From the NCBI RefSeq assembly GCF_006345805.1, contig NW_021832624.1:1-40314 (forward strand): a DNA stretch of 40,314 nucleotides, in the 5' to 3' direction. The position numbers were made by a program, and so were the translations under genes. Positions 1 through 12,495 of the stretch are shown piece by piece. How positions within the stretch are numbered: the first letter of the stretch is position 1; each line of letters begins with the position of its first letter. Source of the DNA: Octopus sinensis (lineage: Eukaryota). A model generated the notes under the pieces. It searched no databases. It saw only the letters and a program-made list of their open reading frames with translations, and was not told where the DNA came from.

Positions 1-337
1 ATTTTTTCCCTACATTTCTTATATATATAATTTACACACACTTGCATTCACACACACAAGCACATACTTGTATACACATTCAAACACACACACACACATA
101 TACATACATACAGATTAAACACATACACACACATATATACATAAACATTCAATCGTACACACACACACACACATACACACACACATATACATACAAACTC
201 ACTCACACACATACACACACACATAAACATTCAAACACACACACACGCATACATAAATGTATGCACATGGAGCTTTCACTGCATTTTCATGTAATATATA
301 CATATACATGTGTGTGTGTGTGTGTATGTGTGTGTGT
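1..337. repeat. Degenerate (CA/TA)n then (TG)n microsatellite
   Basis: Dinucleotide runs are directly visible; they explain the His/Thr and Cys/Val ORFs. Confidence 0.9.
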
Positions 338-449
338 AAAGATGAACAGTTAGTCATCCAACCCATTCCAAGTGACCACCACAAAAGGGAACACCCTCCT
401 CCGACTCCACCATTGCCTACCAGGAATCTAAAAAAAAATTTCAAACAAC

Positions 450-966
450 ACTACCACCCTCACCACCACCACCACCACAATAACCCCCCTCATCATCATC
501 ACCACTACTACCACTACCACCCTCACCACCACCACCACCACAATAACCCCCCATCATCATCATCACCACTACTACCACTACCACCCTCACCACCACCACC
601 ACCACAATAACCCCCCATCATCATCATCACCACCACCACCACCATCACTACAACCCTCACCACCACCACAATAACCCCCCCATCATCATCATCACCACTA
701 CTACCACTACCACTCTCACCACCACCACCACCACCACCACCACTACCACCCTCACCACCACCACCACCACCCTCACCACCACGACTACCACCACAATAAA
801 CTCCCCATCATCATCATCATCACCACTACAACCCTCACCACCACCACCACTACCACCCTCACCACCACCACCACTACCACCACAATAACCCCTCATCATC
901 ATCACCACCACTACCACCAACAACAACAACACTACCACCACCACCACCACCATTACTATCATCATC
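450..966. repeat. (CAC/CAT)n low-complexity tract with a ~63-64 bp higher-order unit
   Basis: The marker CAATAAMYCC recurs at about 478, 541, 605, 669, 794 and 883. Confidence 0.85.
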
Positions 967-1407
967 CCTATCTCCACAAGGATCTATATACATATATATA
1001 CATATATATATGAGAGAGAGAGATGTGTGTGTGTGTGTGTGTGAGGTTTGTTTAGAGACTGGAACGTGATTACCAAAGCATGTGAGGTATTTCCTCGGTA
1101 GAACTATTTAGGTCGTGAGAACCCCTTGATCTTTGGTTAATCTTGAGAGGGTCTTCCACTGTAAACTGAACCATCAAACGGGGCCAATTACAAGTGGGTA
1201 GCATTTAGAAGACAACTAGTGGCCACCACCACCAACCACCCTCTCCACTCAACTTGAAATTGTTTCAGACCTTTAAGGACCCTTGTGTAAAATGACATAA
1301 TGATTATGATAATAATAATCCATTCTAATTAAAGGCAGACAGACCGGTGGGAGGGGCCAGTCAATTACATTGATCCCAGTGCATAACTGGTACCTATTTA
1401 ATTGACC

Positions 1408-1746
1408 CTGGACTCTCCTACCTTTCACAAGAGATGACACAGGTGGTAGTTTCCCATATATTTGCATTTTGGTTGGATGGCGCTTCCAATGAGAGATTTT
1501 GAGCTCTCATAATGAGGCGAGTGTAAGTTCCATCCAACCGCCTCTCAAGCTTCTTTGATACGTCCAGGTTTCTGAGCCATATAGTATTGGTTCGACTGTG
1601 GCTTTGAAGATTTCAAGTTTGAAGTCTCTACTTAGATTTGATGACCAGATCTTATGCATGTTATTACAGGCTGACCAGGCCATACCCTTTCTAGTAAGAA
1701 AATCTTTTCCAGATGATTATATGTATGACCCAAGATATTTGTAATC
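1408..1746 (-). mobile_element. RTE-clade LINE, decayed fragment C-terminal to the RT core
   Basis: Minus strand reads (with frameshifts) DYKYLGSYI..KGMAWSACNNMHKIWSSNLSRDFKLEIFKATVEPILYGSETWT..LERRLDGTYTRLIMRA..SWKRHPTKMQIYGKLPPVSSLV. The YLGS and LYG.E.WT motifs are typical of RTE ORF2. Confidence 0.8.
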
Positions 1747-1774
1747 AAAAACTTGTCAGTACAAACTCCGCTTT

Positions 1775-2327
1775 GTTAGCCGCTCTCCAGCCATCTATTT
1801 AAAACTGTATACAGCGATGGTACGACCACACTTGGAATTCGCATCATCAGTTTGGAACCCCTATCTTGCTCAGAACATTGACCTCCTGGAATCTGTCCAA
1901 GACGTGCAACCAAACGCATACCCTCCATCAGACACCTACCATATTCTGAGCGCCTTGCTTCCCTGGGCATGGATTCTGAAGCTCCGGCGTCTGGCGATGG
2001 ACTTGGTAAACACCCACAAAGTTATCAACCACCTCACCAACAACAACACTGAACAACCTTTTGATCTCCATGTGTCTAACACACGTGGACATGCCTACAA
2101 AGTCAGAAAACAATACAGCTCCCATGACTTTCGGAAACATTTCTTCACGCTCAGAGTTGCTGAAGTGTGGAATAAACTGCCTGCGTCAGTTATTGACTGC
2201 CATGACACTGCATCTTTTAAGGCCCTCATGCTTTCCGAAATCCGCCGAAACTACACCTGATTATATATACACTTTAGATGAGTTGTAGTGCACCTGAGCA
2301 CTGTACACAATTATTATTATTATTATT
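1775..2327 (+). mobile_element. CR1/L2-group LINE 3' end with (TTA)n tail
   Basis: ORF 1817-2260 has VRPHLEFASSVWNPY, LESVQ, NTRGH and HFFTLRVAEVWNKLP. A short 3' UTR and TTA repeat (2311-2327) follow. Confidence 0.9.
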
Positions 2328-2377
2328 TAGTCTCTTAATGAGATTTTAGAACTAGCATTGTTACTTATACATGTATA

Positions 2378-2542
2378 CAACGGGCCTCTTTCAGTTTTCA
2401 TTTGCCAAATTCTCTCATAAGGCTTTAGTCGGTTTTGGGCTATAGTGGAAGATATCTACCTAATGTGCCATGCAGTGGGACTGAACCCGGAGCCATGTGG
2501 TTGGGAAGCGTGCCTCTCACCACAAAGCCACGGACTGTGCCT
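2378..2542 (-). mobile_element. Diverged head of the main tRNA-derived SINE
   Basis: Similar to other copies (ctttcagtttt..., gcagtgggactgaacccggagccatgtggttgg). Confidence 0.75.
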
Positions 2543-2735
2543 ACATACAAGATAGAGAAAGTGGCACTGCTGGGTACCACAGAAATTGAAAGGAGGGTAT
2601 TTTCAATACTGTGATAATATCAACATTAAAACAAAGCGCAGTAAATACCCAAGGGTGCACAGAGCTACACGCAGCAGTGCAGGGAAGGCATGCAATAAAA
2701 ATTAAGATTAGAGAATAACAATAATAATAACAATA
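2543..2735 (+). mobile_element. R4/Dong-type (restriction-like endonuclease) LINE extreme 3' end with (TAA)n tail
   Basis: Reads TYKIEKVALLGTTEIERRVFSIL*, resembling the QK.ALLGT..ILR C-terminus of R4-clade ORFs. An AAT repeat tail follows. Confidence 0.6.
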
Positions 2736-3167
2736 AAAATGATAATAATAATAATGTTAATAATAATAAAAAAAAAAATAATAATAATGATGTTGATGAT
2801 GATGATGATGATAATAAATATAGCAAAAGCAATAAAATGATTAATTTCATAAGTTTATTTGCTTTATTATTTAAAGGTTTGTATTTTAATAATAATAAAA
2901 ATAATGATAATGATGACGATGATGATGACGATGATGATGATGATGATAATATCAACTTATTTTATTGACCATAAAGTCCGAAAACGTTGGGGGACAGTTC
3001 TAAAGTAAACAGCAACAAAAATGGTGATGATGATGATGATGATGATGACAAAAACAACAGAAATAATGGAAAATACGAATAAATTATTAATTTTATAATT
3101 TAAGTAGTTTAATGTTTTTCAATTAATTTTTCTTTGTTTTTTTTTTAATAATTCTATAAAAATATAA

Positions 3168-3456
3168 ATGATGACGATTATGATGATAATGGTGGTGGTG
3201 GTGGTGATGATGATGATAATGGTGATGGTGGTGATGATGATGGTGGTGATGGTGGTGATGATGATGATGATGATGATGATAATGGTGATGGTGGTGGTGG
3301 TGGTGATGATGGTGGTGGTGATGGTGGTGGTGATGGTGGTGGTGGTGATGATGATAATGGGATGGTGGTGGTGGTGGGGTGAGATGATGTGATGGTGGTG
3401 GTGATGATGATGATTGATGTGGTGATGGTGATTGATTTGATGGTGGTGGTGGTGAT
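3168..3456. repeat. (GAT/GGT)n trinucleotide tract
   Basis: Directly visible. Confidence 0.9.
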
Positions 3457-3514
3457 AATATATTTAATAATTTTATACAATTTCAAAAACATCTTTTGAT
3501 GAATTCTAGAAACT

Positions 3515-4200
3515 TACTACCACAAACACCCCACACCCCACGACTACTACTACTGCACTACACTACTACCATCACCACAACCACTACCACCACCACCACT
3601 GTCATGACCCACCACACACCACACCACCACCACCATACCACACCACCACCACACAACCCCACACCACCACCACTGTCACAAACCACAACCACAACCAACC
3701 ACACACCACAACCACACCACAACCACAACCCCACCACACTCACCACCACAACCACAACCCACTAGCCAACCACCACCACAACAACCACACCACCACCACA
3801 CCATGCCACCACCACCACCACCACCCACATCCCCCACCACAACCACAACCACCACACACAACCACAACCACCACCACCACAACCACCACCAACTACCCAA
3901 ACCACCACCACCACCATCACCACCACCACCACAACCACCACACACACCACACACCACCACCACAACCACCACCACCACAACCACCCACCAACACACAACC
4001 ACCACCACCACAACCACTACCACCACCAACCACAACCACCACTCACACCACAACCACCTAACACAACCACAACCCCACCACCTCAACCACCACAACACCA
4101 CCACCACCACACCACTACCACCACACCACAACCATACCAACCACCACACAACCACACCACACCACCAACCACCACCACCAACACCACCACCACACCACCA
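3515..4200. repeat. (CAC/ACA)n low-complexity tract
   Basis: Directly visible. Confidence 0.9.
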
Positions 4201-4571
4201 ATATCTTATTACATTATTAATAATAATAATACTATTTATTGCTCTGTGCAATTCTTTCCTTTAAAGATGTGACAACAGATGCACATAAACATCCACAGCC
4301 ACAGAAATATGTGTGTATTGTGTGTGTATTGTGTTGTGTGTGTGTGTGTTTACAGAAACCTAATCCAAATATTTACTTTAATATGCGGCTTGGCTGTTTG
4401 CAAAGGTGTCACTCTTCATGAGACAAACCATAAATATTGTGTGTATATATATATATATATGCATATATATATATATACATGCATATATATATATACATGT
4501 ACATATATATATATATTTATATGTCTCTCTCCCTCTCTCTCTCCCTCACCCTATATATATATATATATATA

Positions 4572-4783
4572 TATTACAGAGATGTACTCGCATAGCAAGT
4601 GACTTGATCTGAGATCGTGTGCTGGAACGAAAACAATTGCAGTGTGGAAGGTGTTATAAGCCATTTAAGAAACACACAAAACCGTTAGATCACTTCAACA
4701 TTTAAATTTAATTTGTCAACATATTTTCGTCGCTTTGAGACCGCCGACCTCTTCACTGACAAAACTTCGTGCTGCATCTCATG

Positions 4784-4788
<5 letters not shown>
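4572..4788 (-). mobile_element. Short non-coding element inside (TA)n, with a degenerate hammerhead-like fold
   Basis: Complex sequence bounded by TA runs. Minus strand 4763-4712 reads TTTGTCA-GTGAAGA-GGTCG..CGAC-GAAA-ATATGT-TGACAAA. Confidence 0.45.

Positions 4789-4869
<81 letters not shown>
4789..4869. repeat. Perfect (TA)n microsatellite
   Basis: Directly visible. Confidence 0.95.
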
Positions 4870-4871
<2 letters not shown>

Positions 4872-5159
4872 CGTGGCCATTGCCAGCCTCGCCTGGCCCC
4901 CGTGTCGGTGGCACGTAAAAAGCACTATCCGTCCGTGGATGTTTGCAAGCCCCGTCTGGCACCTGTGCCGGTAGCACATAAAATGCACCCACTACACCCA
5001 TGGAGTGGTTGGCATTAGGAAGGGCATCCAACTGTAGAAACATTGCCAGATCAAACTGGAGCCTGGTGCAGCCTTCTGGCTTCCCAGACCCCAGTTGAAC
5101 CTTCCAACCCATGCTAGCATGGAAAGCGGATGCTAAATGATGATGATGATGATGATGAT
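4870..5159 (+). mobile_element. RTE LINE 3' UTR fragment with (GAT)n tail
   Basis: Matches the 3' UTR that follows the RTE ORF end at 22968-23679. Confidence 0.85.
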
Positions 5160-5319
5160 ATATATACACATATGTACTTATATATATATATATTTATATG
5201 CGTGTATATACACATATCTATCCATCCATCCATCTACATAATTCCACTGCAGGAGTTATTTTTAAGCCTAGTACTTATTCTAGCGGTTACAATAGAAGAC
5301 ACTTGCCCAATGTGCCTTG

Positions 5320-5371
<52 letters not shown>

Positions 5372-5377
5372 AGAGTG

Positions 5378-5741
5378 TGTGTGGTGTGTAAGTAGCTTGT
5401 TTACCAACCACTTGGTGCCGAGTTCAGTCTCACTGCGTGGCACCATGGGCAGGTGTCTTCTACTATTGCCTCGGGCCAACCAAAACCTTGTGAGTGGATT
5501 TGGTAGATGGAAACTGAAAGAAGCCCATCGTAAATATGTTTGTGTGTGTGTGTGTGTGTGGTGTGTGTGTGTATCTGTCTCCCCACCATCGCTTGACAAC
5601 TGATGCTGGTATGTTTACGTCGCCGTAACTTAGCGGTTCAGCAAAACAGACCTGTAGAACAAGTACTAGGCTTACAAAGAGTAAGTTCTGGGGGTCGATT
5701 TGCTCGACTAGAGGCGGTGCTCCAGCATGGCCACAGTCAAA
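5378..5741 (+). mobile_element. Main bipartite SINE (tRNA head, internal TG run, tail)
   Basis: Head with B-box-like GAGTTCAGTCT and tail ending ggtgctccagcatggccacagtcaa. Confidence 0.85.
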
Positions 5742-5749
5742 TATATATA

Positions 5750-5851
5750 TTTCGTTTTTGGATTTGGTTTGCAAGATTCTGTATAGAAATATATTCTGTT
5801 GTGTCTGGGAGAGTCATTTTCTTTTTGTGCCTTATAATCTAACACACTCAC
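5750..5851. mobile_element. Fragment of the fold-back element seen at 36380-36665
   Basis: Shares ttcgtttttggatttggttt..gttgtgtctggg(g)agagtcattttctttttg..aacacactcac. Confidence 0.75.
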
Positions 5852-5852
5852 T

Positions 5853-6245
5853 AGGAGGAGGAGGAGGAGGAGGAGATGGAAGAGGAGGAGATGGAGGAGG
5901 AGGAGGAGAATGAGAAGGAGGAGGAGAATGAGAAGGAGGAGGGAAGAAGAAGGAGAAGAAGAAGAATGAAAGGAAGTAGAAGAAAAAAAACAAAGAGAAG
6001 AAAAAGAAGAAGAAGACCACCACTATGGCCACCACCAACAACAACAACAACGAAGGAAAAAACTTGAAGGTTGAAAGAGTAAGAAAACAATTGGGAAGAA
6101 ATGAAAGAAAAACAAGAAGAAGAAGAAGAAGAAGAAGAAAGAAGAAGAAAGAAAAAGAAGAAAAAGAAGGAGAAGAAGAAGAAGAAGAAGGAGAAGAAGG
6201 AGAAGAAGAAGAAGAAGGAGAAGAAGAAGGAGAAGAAGAACTAGA
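5853..6245. repeat. Polypurine (GGA/GAA)n tract
   Basis: Directly visible. Confidence 0.9.
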
Positions 6246-6464
6246 AGGGTGGGGAGACAATGGCAATCGTAAATTAAATCAGAAAATTTAAAGAAAACAA
6301 AGTTGTTATCGGAAAGTCTGTTTGAAATATTGAAATAGAGGGGAGGGGCGAAGGAGGAGGAGGAGGAGGAGGAGGGGGGAAGGAGGAGGGGCGCGGAGGA
6401 GGGAAGAAGAAGGAGAAGAACAACAGCAAGGTACTACCACCACCAAATCAGGAACAACTAATTC

Positions 6465-6892
6465 CTTCATCATCATTATAATCATCATCACCATAAGCAC
6501 CATCAGCATCACCATCATCATCATCACAACCATCACCATCAGGATCTCATAATCATCATCATACATTCATCATCACACCATCATCATCATCTTCACCATC
6601 TCATCATCAAAACCATCACCATCAATCATCATCACCACCACCATCATCATCATCATCACTACCATAATCATCATCAATATATCATCATCATCATCATCAT
6701 CATCCACTACCAGTCATCATCATCATCATTCAATCTTCACCATCATCATCTTCACCATCATCTCATCACACCATCACCATCATCATCACATCACTACCTC
6801 ATCATCTTCATCATCATCATCTTCACCATCATCATCATCACAACCATCACCATCATCATCATCATCACCACCATCATCATCATCATCACTAC

Positions 6893-6935
<43 letters not shown>

Positions 6936-7155
6936 GTCATCATCATCATCATCGTCATCATCGTCGTCATCGTCATCATCGTCATCATCATAATCATCAT
7001 CATCATCATCACCATCATCACCATCATCATCATCATAATCATCATCATCATCACCATCATCACCATAAGCACCATCAGCATCACCATCATCATTATCATC
7101 ATCACCATCATCGGCAGCCTCACCACCATCATTACTATTGTCATCGTCATCGTCG
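6465..7155. repeat. (CAT)n tract
   Basis: Directly visible; source of the poly-Met ORF. Confidence 0.9.
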
Positions 7156-7559
7156 TGCTCAGCACAATTTTCATGGCCGTCTCAGGTCAGAAACTATTAA
7201 AGGACAATCACGAAGAAGTCAAAAGAACTGTGCAAAGTCAACAATAACAACAGCAACAACAACAACAACAACAAAAGGGGCAAATTGAGAGAAAGAAACC
7301 ATTGAGAAAACAGATGGCAGTTGGAGTGGTGGGGAGAGGGTAACGAGTTGGAAATGACTTATAACAATAAGATAACAAAAAGACAACATTTTGAAGAGAA
7401 ATGTGGGGAGGGTGTTTTATGGTGATAAGAAAAAAATATTGTTTCTTAGAGGGAAGGGTGAAAGTTAATAACGTTGTTGTTCTTTTGATTTATTGACTGT
7501 AGAAGGATGAAAAACAAAGTTGATGACTCAGTGGGATTTGAACTTGGAATGTATAAACA

Positions 7560-7880
7560 CTGGCGTGGCTGTGGGGTAGGAAATTTGCTTCCCAACAACA
7601 TGGTTCTGGGTTCAGTTCCACTGCATGGCATCCCTGGGCAACTGTCTTCTACTGCAGCCTTGGGATGATCAAAGCCTTGTGAGTGGATTCGGTAGATGGA
7701 AACTGAAAGAATCCCATCATAATTTAGTGGTTTAGCAAATAAAATAAGTACGAGGCTTTAAAAAAAAAGTGTCCTGGGGTCGATTTGCTTGAATAAAACC
7801 CTTCAAGGAGGTGCCCCAGCATGGCCACAGCCAAATGACTGGAACAATTTAAAGAGTAAAAGATGGAAGATAAAAGAGAC
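7560..7880 (+). mobile_element. Main SINE, diverged and internally deleted copy
   Basis: Head and tail modules are joined without the internal microsatellite. Confidence 0.75.
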
Positions 7881-7919
7881 ATTTGTGTGTGTGTGTGATT
7901 GTACACCATCATCATTATC

Positions 7920-8003
7920 GCCAGCCCTCAGCCCAAATCGTCCAACCCATGCCAGCATGGAAAGCGGACGTTAAACGATGATGATGATGATGATGATGAT
8001 GAT
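7920..8003 (+). mobile_element. RTE 3' tail with (GAT)n
   Basis: cgtccaacccatgccagcatggaaagcggacgttaaac(gat)n. Confidence 0.85.
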
Positions 8004-8230
8004 TTCTTTATTGCCCACAAGGAGCTAAACATAGAGGGAACAAACAAGGACAGACAAACGGATTAAGTCGATTACATCGACCCCAGTGCGTAACTGGTAC
8101 TTATTTAATTGACCCCGAAAGGATGAAAGGCTAAGTCGACCTTGGCGGAATTTGAACTCAGAACGTAGCGGCAGATGAAATACGGCTACGCATTTCGCCT
8201 GGCGCCGCTAACGGTTCTGCCAGCTCGCCT
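8003..8230 (-). mobile_element. Second tRNA-derived SINE family
   Basis: Minus strand starts GGCGAGCTGGCAGAACCG (A-box-like), has B-box-like GAGTTCAAATTCC, then gcctttcatcctttcggggtc...aagtaccag. Another copy lies at 35186-35398 and a fragment near 1358-1408. Confidence 0.8.
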
Positions 8231-8233
8231 AAT

Positions 8234-8316
<83 letters not shown>

Positions 8317-8320
8317 ATAT

Positions 8321-8600
8321 AGGCATGGCTGTGTGCTAAGAAGCTTGCTTACCAACCACATGGTTCCGGGTTCAGTCCCACTGCATGGCACCTTGTCTTC
8401 TACTATAGCCTCGGGCTGACTAAAGCCTTGTGAGTGGATTTGGTAGACGGAAACTGAAAGAAGCCCATTGTATATATATGTGTGTGTGTCTGTCATTCTG
8501 TTTGTCTCCCCACCACCACCACCACCATCACTTGACACCAGTATTGGTTTGTTAACATCCCCCATAACTGAGTGGTTTGTCAAAGAGATGGATAAAATAC
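8321..8600 (+). mobile_element. Main SINE, 3' truncated
   Basis: ggctgtgtg..ggttccgggttcagtcccactgc head followed by the start of the tail module. Confidence 0.85.
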
Positions 8601-8954
8601 CAATCTAAAAATAATTGGTCTCATACCGGCCCCCTCCAAGGGGCAGAACCAATTCCTTCTGATAAGCCCCTGCATTAAACCCTTGTGCAGTTATTTCTCA
8701 ATGTGTTCTGTTACACCCCTGGGGTGGGGACATTTTTATATTTTTTTTTTGAAGAGATAGGGAAGCTGTGACTGGTGTTATCATGATACACCACTACAAC
8801 CACCACTGTAACACTATACCACCACCATCACCAACCAAGGTGAAACTTTGCACCTACTGTGCTATGACCACCACTCCCAACACCACTGCCAAAACCAAAA
8901 TGTACAGACATGCACCCACCACTAGGGCGACCACTACTGTTACTACAATCAGCC

Positions 8955-9385
8955 ACCACTACCACCACCACCACCACTTCCACCACTACCACCACAACAA
9001 TGACCGCCTTCTCAACTAAAACTTACACCACCACTATCAACAACAGCAACACTACCTCCACCTGCACCACCACAACAACCACGACCACAACAACGACCAC
9101 CAACTCCACCACCACCACCACCAACACCACCACCACCACTACCACCACCACCACCACCACCACCACTACTACCACCACCACCACTACCACCACCACCACC
9201 ACCACTTCTACCACTACCACCACAACAACGACCACCTCCTCCACCACCACCACCACTACCACCACCAACCACCACCTCCTCCACCACCACCACCACTACC
9301 ACCACCAACCACCACCTCCTCCACCACCACCACCGCCACCACTACCACCTCAACCACCACCACCAACACCACCACCACCACTAGC
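8955..9385. repeat. (ACC)n tract
   Basis: Directly visible; source of the poly-Thr/Pro ORF. Confidence 0.9.
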
Positions 9386-9573
9386 ACTACTGCCTTCACT
9401 GATACCCTCCGCCACCACATCGACCTCCTTAAGTGGTTCTAATGTCCGGCTAGAGATAACAGCTCTTACATACCTACTTTGGAAATTGAACACCACACCA
9501 TGCACTTAACATTTAACACTGGGGTTCTGCTCCAGCAAAAAGTTTGAAAAGCACTGCATTAGATAATGTAGTC

Positions 9574-9670
9574 CTAGAAATAGCAGCCAAAACTGCTATA
9601 AAGCCACTATCACCACATATATCTCCTCAAACCAAAACAACTTTATAGTGGTTTTGACTGCTATTTCTAG
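9574..9670. repeat. Inverted repeat with 30-bp arms
   Basis: ctagaaatagcagccaaaactgctataaag (9574-9603) pairs with ctttatagtggttttgactgctatttctag (9641-9670). Confidence 0.8.
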
Positions 9671-10221
9671 AACTGATAATCGAAAGCAGCTCAGAATGAA
9701 AAGCCCCCTACCCAACCAACTTGGTCCCCTTCATTCAGAATCCAGGACGACATTCAGCTGCACATTGATGCCAGGCCATTCAACCTGCATATAAAAATGC
9801 ATAATTACTCATTCTATGCCACCCCCACCACATTCGTGCCTAAGTTGGTCCTTAATTGCAAGTGCAGAGGCACGAGGGGTTGCAGTTGGTCCCCTTCCTC
9901 TGCGTCCTGTTTGCAATATGTTCGGGAGCTGATAGCAAGGTGCTTGAGATTTCCCGTGTTGCCCTTTTGAGCGCAATTCTCAATTGTTGTGCAGGCTTTC
10001 CTCTAGGTTGCTGGCATGAGTGAGTATGTGTGTGTGTCTCCATACACACACATGTGCACACACATGCACACACATGCACAGACACACGCTTACACACAGA
10101 TACACAAACACAGACACACACACATACATACAAACACAGACACACATACACTTACACACATACACACAGACGCACAAACACACACACACACGCACAAACA
10201 CAAACACACATACACTTACAC

Positions 10222-10560
10222 CGAGTTCAGTCCCACTGCGTGGCACCTTGGGCTCTAGCCCTGGGCCGACCAAAGCCTTGTGAGTGGATTTGGTAGACGG
10301 AAACTGAAAGAAGCCCGTCGTATATATATATATATGTGTATGTGTGTGTGTCTGTGTGTCTGTGTTTGTCCCTCTAGCATTGCTTGACAACCGATGCTGG
10401 TGTGTTTACATCCCCGTTACTTAGCGGTTCAGCATAAGAGACCGATAGAATAAGTACTAGGCTTACAAAAGGATAAGTCCCAAGGTCGATTTGCTTGACT
10501 AATGGCGGTGCTCCAGCATGGCTGCAGTCAAATGACTGAAACAAGTAAAAGAGTAAAAGA
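10222..10560 (+). mobile_element. Main SINE, 5' truncated
   Basis: Starts at the B box, has an internal (TA)(TG) run, and the tail ends aagtaaaagagtaaaaga. Confidence 0.9.
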
Positions 10561-10575
10561 ATATATATATATATA

Positions 10576-10700
10576 TGCCAGATCAGATTGGAGCCTTGTG
10601 CAGTCATCTGGCTCGCCAACCCTCAGTCAAAATCGTCCAACCCATGCCAGCATGGAAAGCGGACGTTAAACGATGATGATGATGGACAGACGATGATGAT
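10576..10700 (+). mobile_element. RTE 3' tail with (GAT)n
   Basis: Same terminal sequence as the other RTE tails. Confidence 0.85.
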
Positions 10701-11425
10701 AAAAAAGATACTCAGAAACTGACGAAAGCCGATGAAATTGAACTCGTCGTTTATGTGTTGAGGCGTCAAAATATTCCGTCACACAAACCCGACCAGGTTG
10801 TTGATGCATTTCCATTGCAACCGTTTAAAACTGAGTTTATTGTCAGCTTATAAAGAGTGGAGGTCTTTTTATTTCCTTTTCGGTTTGAACTTACAGGTTT
10901 ATGGGGGTCTGCACTGTTCGCTATTGATCTGTTCTGATCTCTTGACATCGGCTATTGATCAGTCGGTGATAGATTCTTCTAGATTCAGTTCCTTTGTCTA
11001 TTTTTAGCTTTGAATATCCTTGTCATCAACTCCCACCTTCTCCCGCCTTCACCCTTTCTTCTTCTTTGTTTTCTTGGACGTCAGTTTTCAAATTATACAC
11101 CCTCTCCATCTTGCTACACACACACACACACATATATATAATGTATATTCATATATTCATATATACATATCTATCATATATATATATATATATATATATA
11201 GAGATATATATATATAGTAATATATTTATAATATATACATGTAACATTAAGATATATATCTATATCTATCTGTCTACCTATCTATCTATCTATCTATGTA
11301 TATATATGTGTGTATGTGTGCGTATATATATATATACATGTATACATAAAGATCTCCTCTCGTCTCAGATATAATATAAATACATATATATATGTATATA
11401 TATATATATAATATATATATCTATG

Positions 11426-11457
<32 letters not shown>

Positions 11458-11731
11458 CTATATATATATATATATATATAATATAATATATATGTATATA
11501 TATATGTGTGTGTGTGTATATATATACATACATACATACATGTTTATATAAATATATATCTTTATACATACATGCATATATATGTCTACACACACAGGTT
11601 ACTCTCCTCCGTTGCTCTTTTGTGATTCAAGTTTAGACAAGATGAGTTTCTGAAGTTTCCCTTTTAGTTCTTTCATATTTGTTCCAGTCATTGGACTACG
11701 GCCAAGCTGGGGCACCACCTTGCACAGATTG

Positions 11732-12495
11732 CATACACACATACACACACACATACATACATACATACATACATACCTGCATGCACATACATATACACTA
11801 CATACATACATACATACATACACTAACATACACACATACATACATACATAATACATACATACATACATACATACATACATACATACATAGTATACATACA
11901 TGCATGCATGCATACATCACACATACATACATACATACATACTTACACATACATACATACATACATACATACATACATGTATACATACATGCATGCATGC
12001 ATACATACACACGTACATACATACATACATACACACACATACATACATCATACATATACATACATACATTCATACATACATACATACAACATGTATACAT
12101 ACATACATACATACACACACATACATACATACACACATACATACATACACATACATACATTAATACATACATACATACACATACATGTATACATACACAC
12201 ACATACATACACACTACATACATACTACATACACACACATACATAACATACATACACACACATACATACATACACACACACATACATACAGACATACATA
12301 CACACACACTACATACATACACACACATACATACATACACATACATACATACATACATACACCATACACACATACATACATACACACACACATAAATACA
12401 TACATACATACATACACACATACAGACACACAAATACATACATACACATATACATGCACATACATACACATACTTACACACACACACACACACAC
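11732..12495. repeat. Long degenerate (CATA)n/(CA)n tract
   Basis: Directly visible; source of the 238-aa and 231-aa low-complexity ORFs. Confidence 0.95.

Noticed and set aside
3168-4200. (GGT)n tract facing an (ACC)n tract as a large hairpin
   Set aside because: Complementarity is only low-complexity and is expected by chance in this repeat-dense region.
9520-9564. Complete hAT MITE
   Set aside because: Only a right-end-like sequence (gtttgaaaagcactg) is visible, and no matching left end was found.
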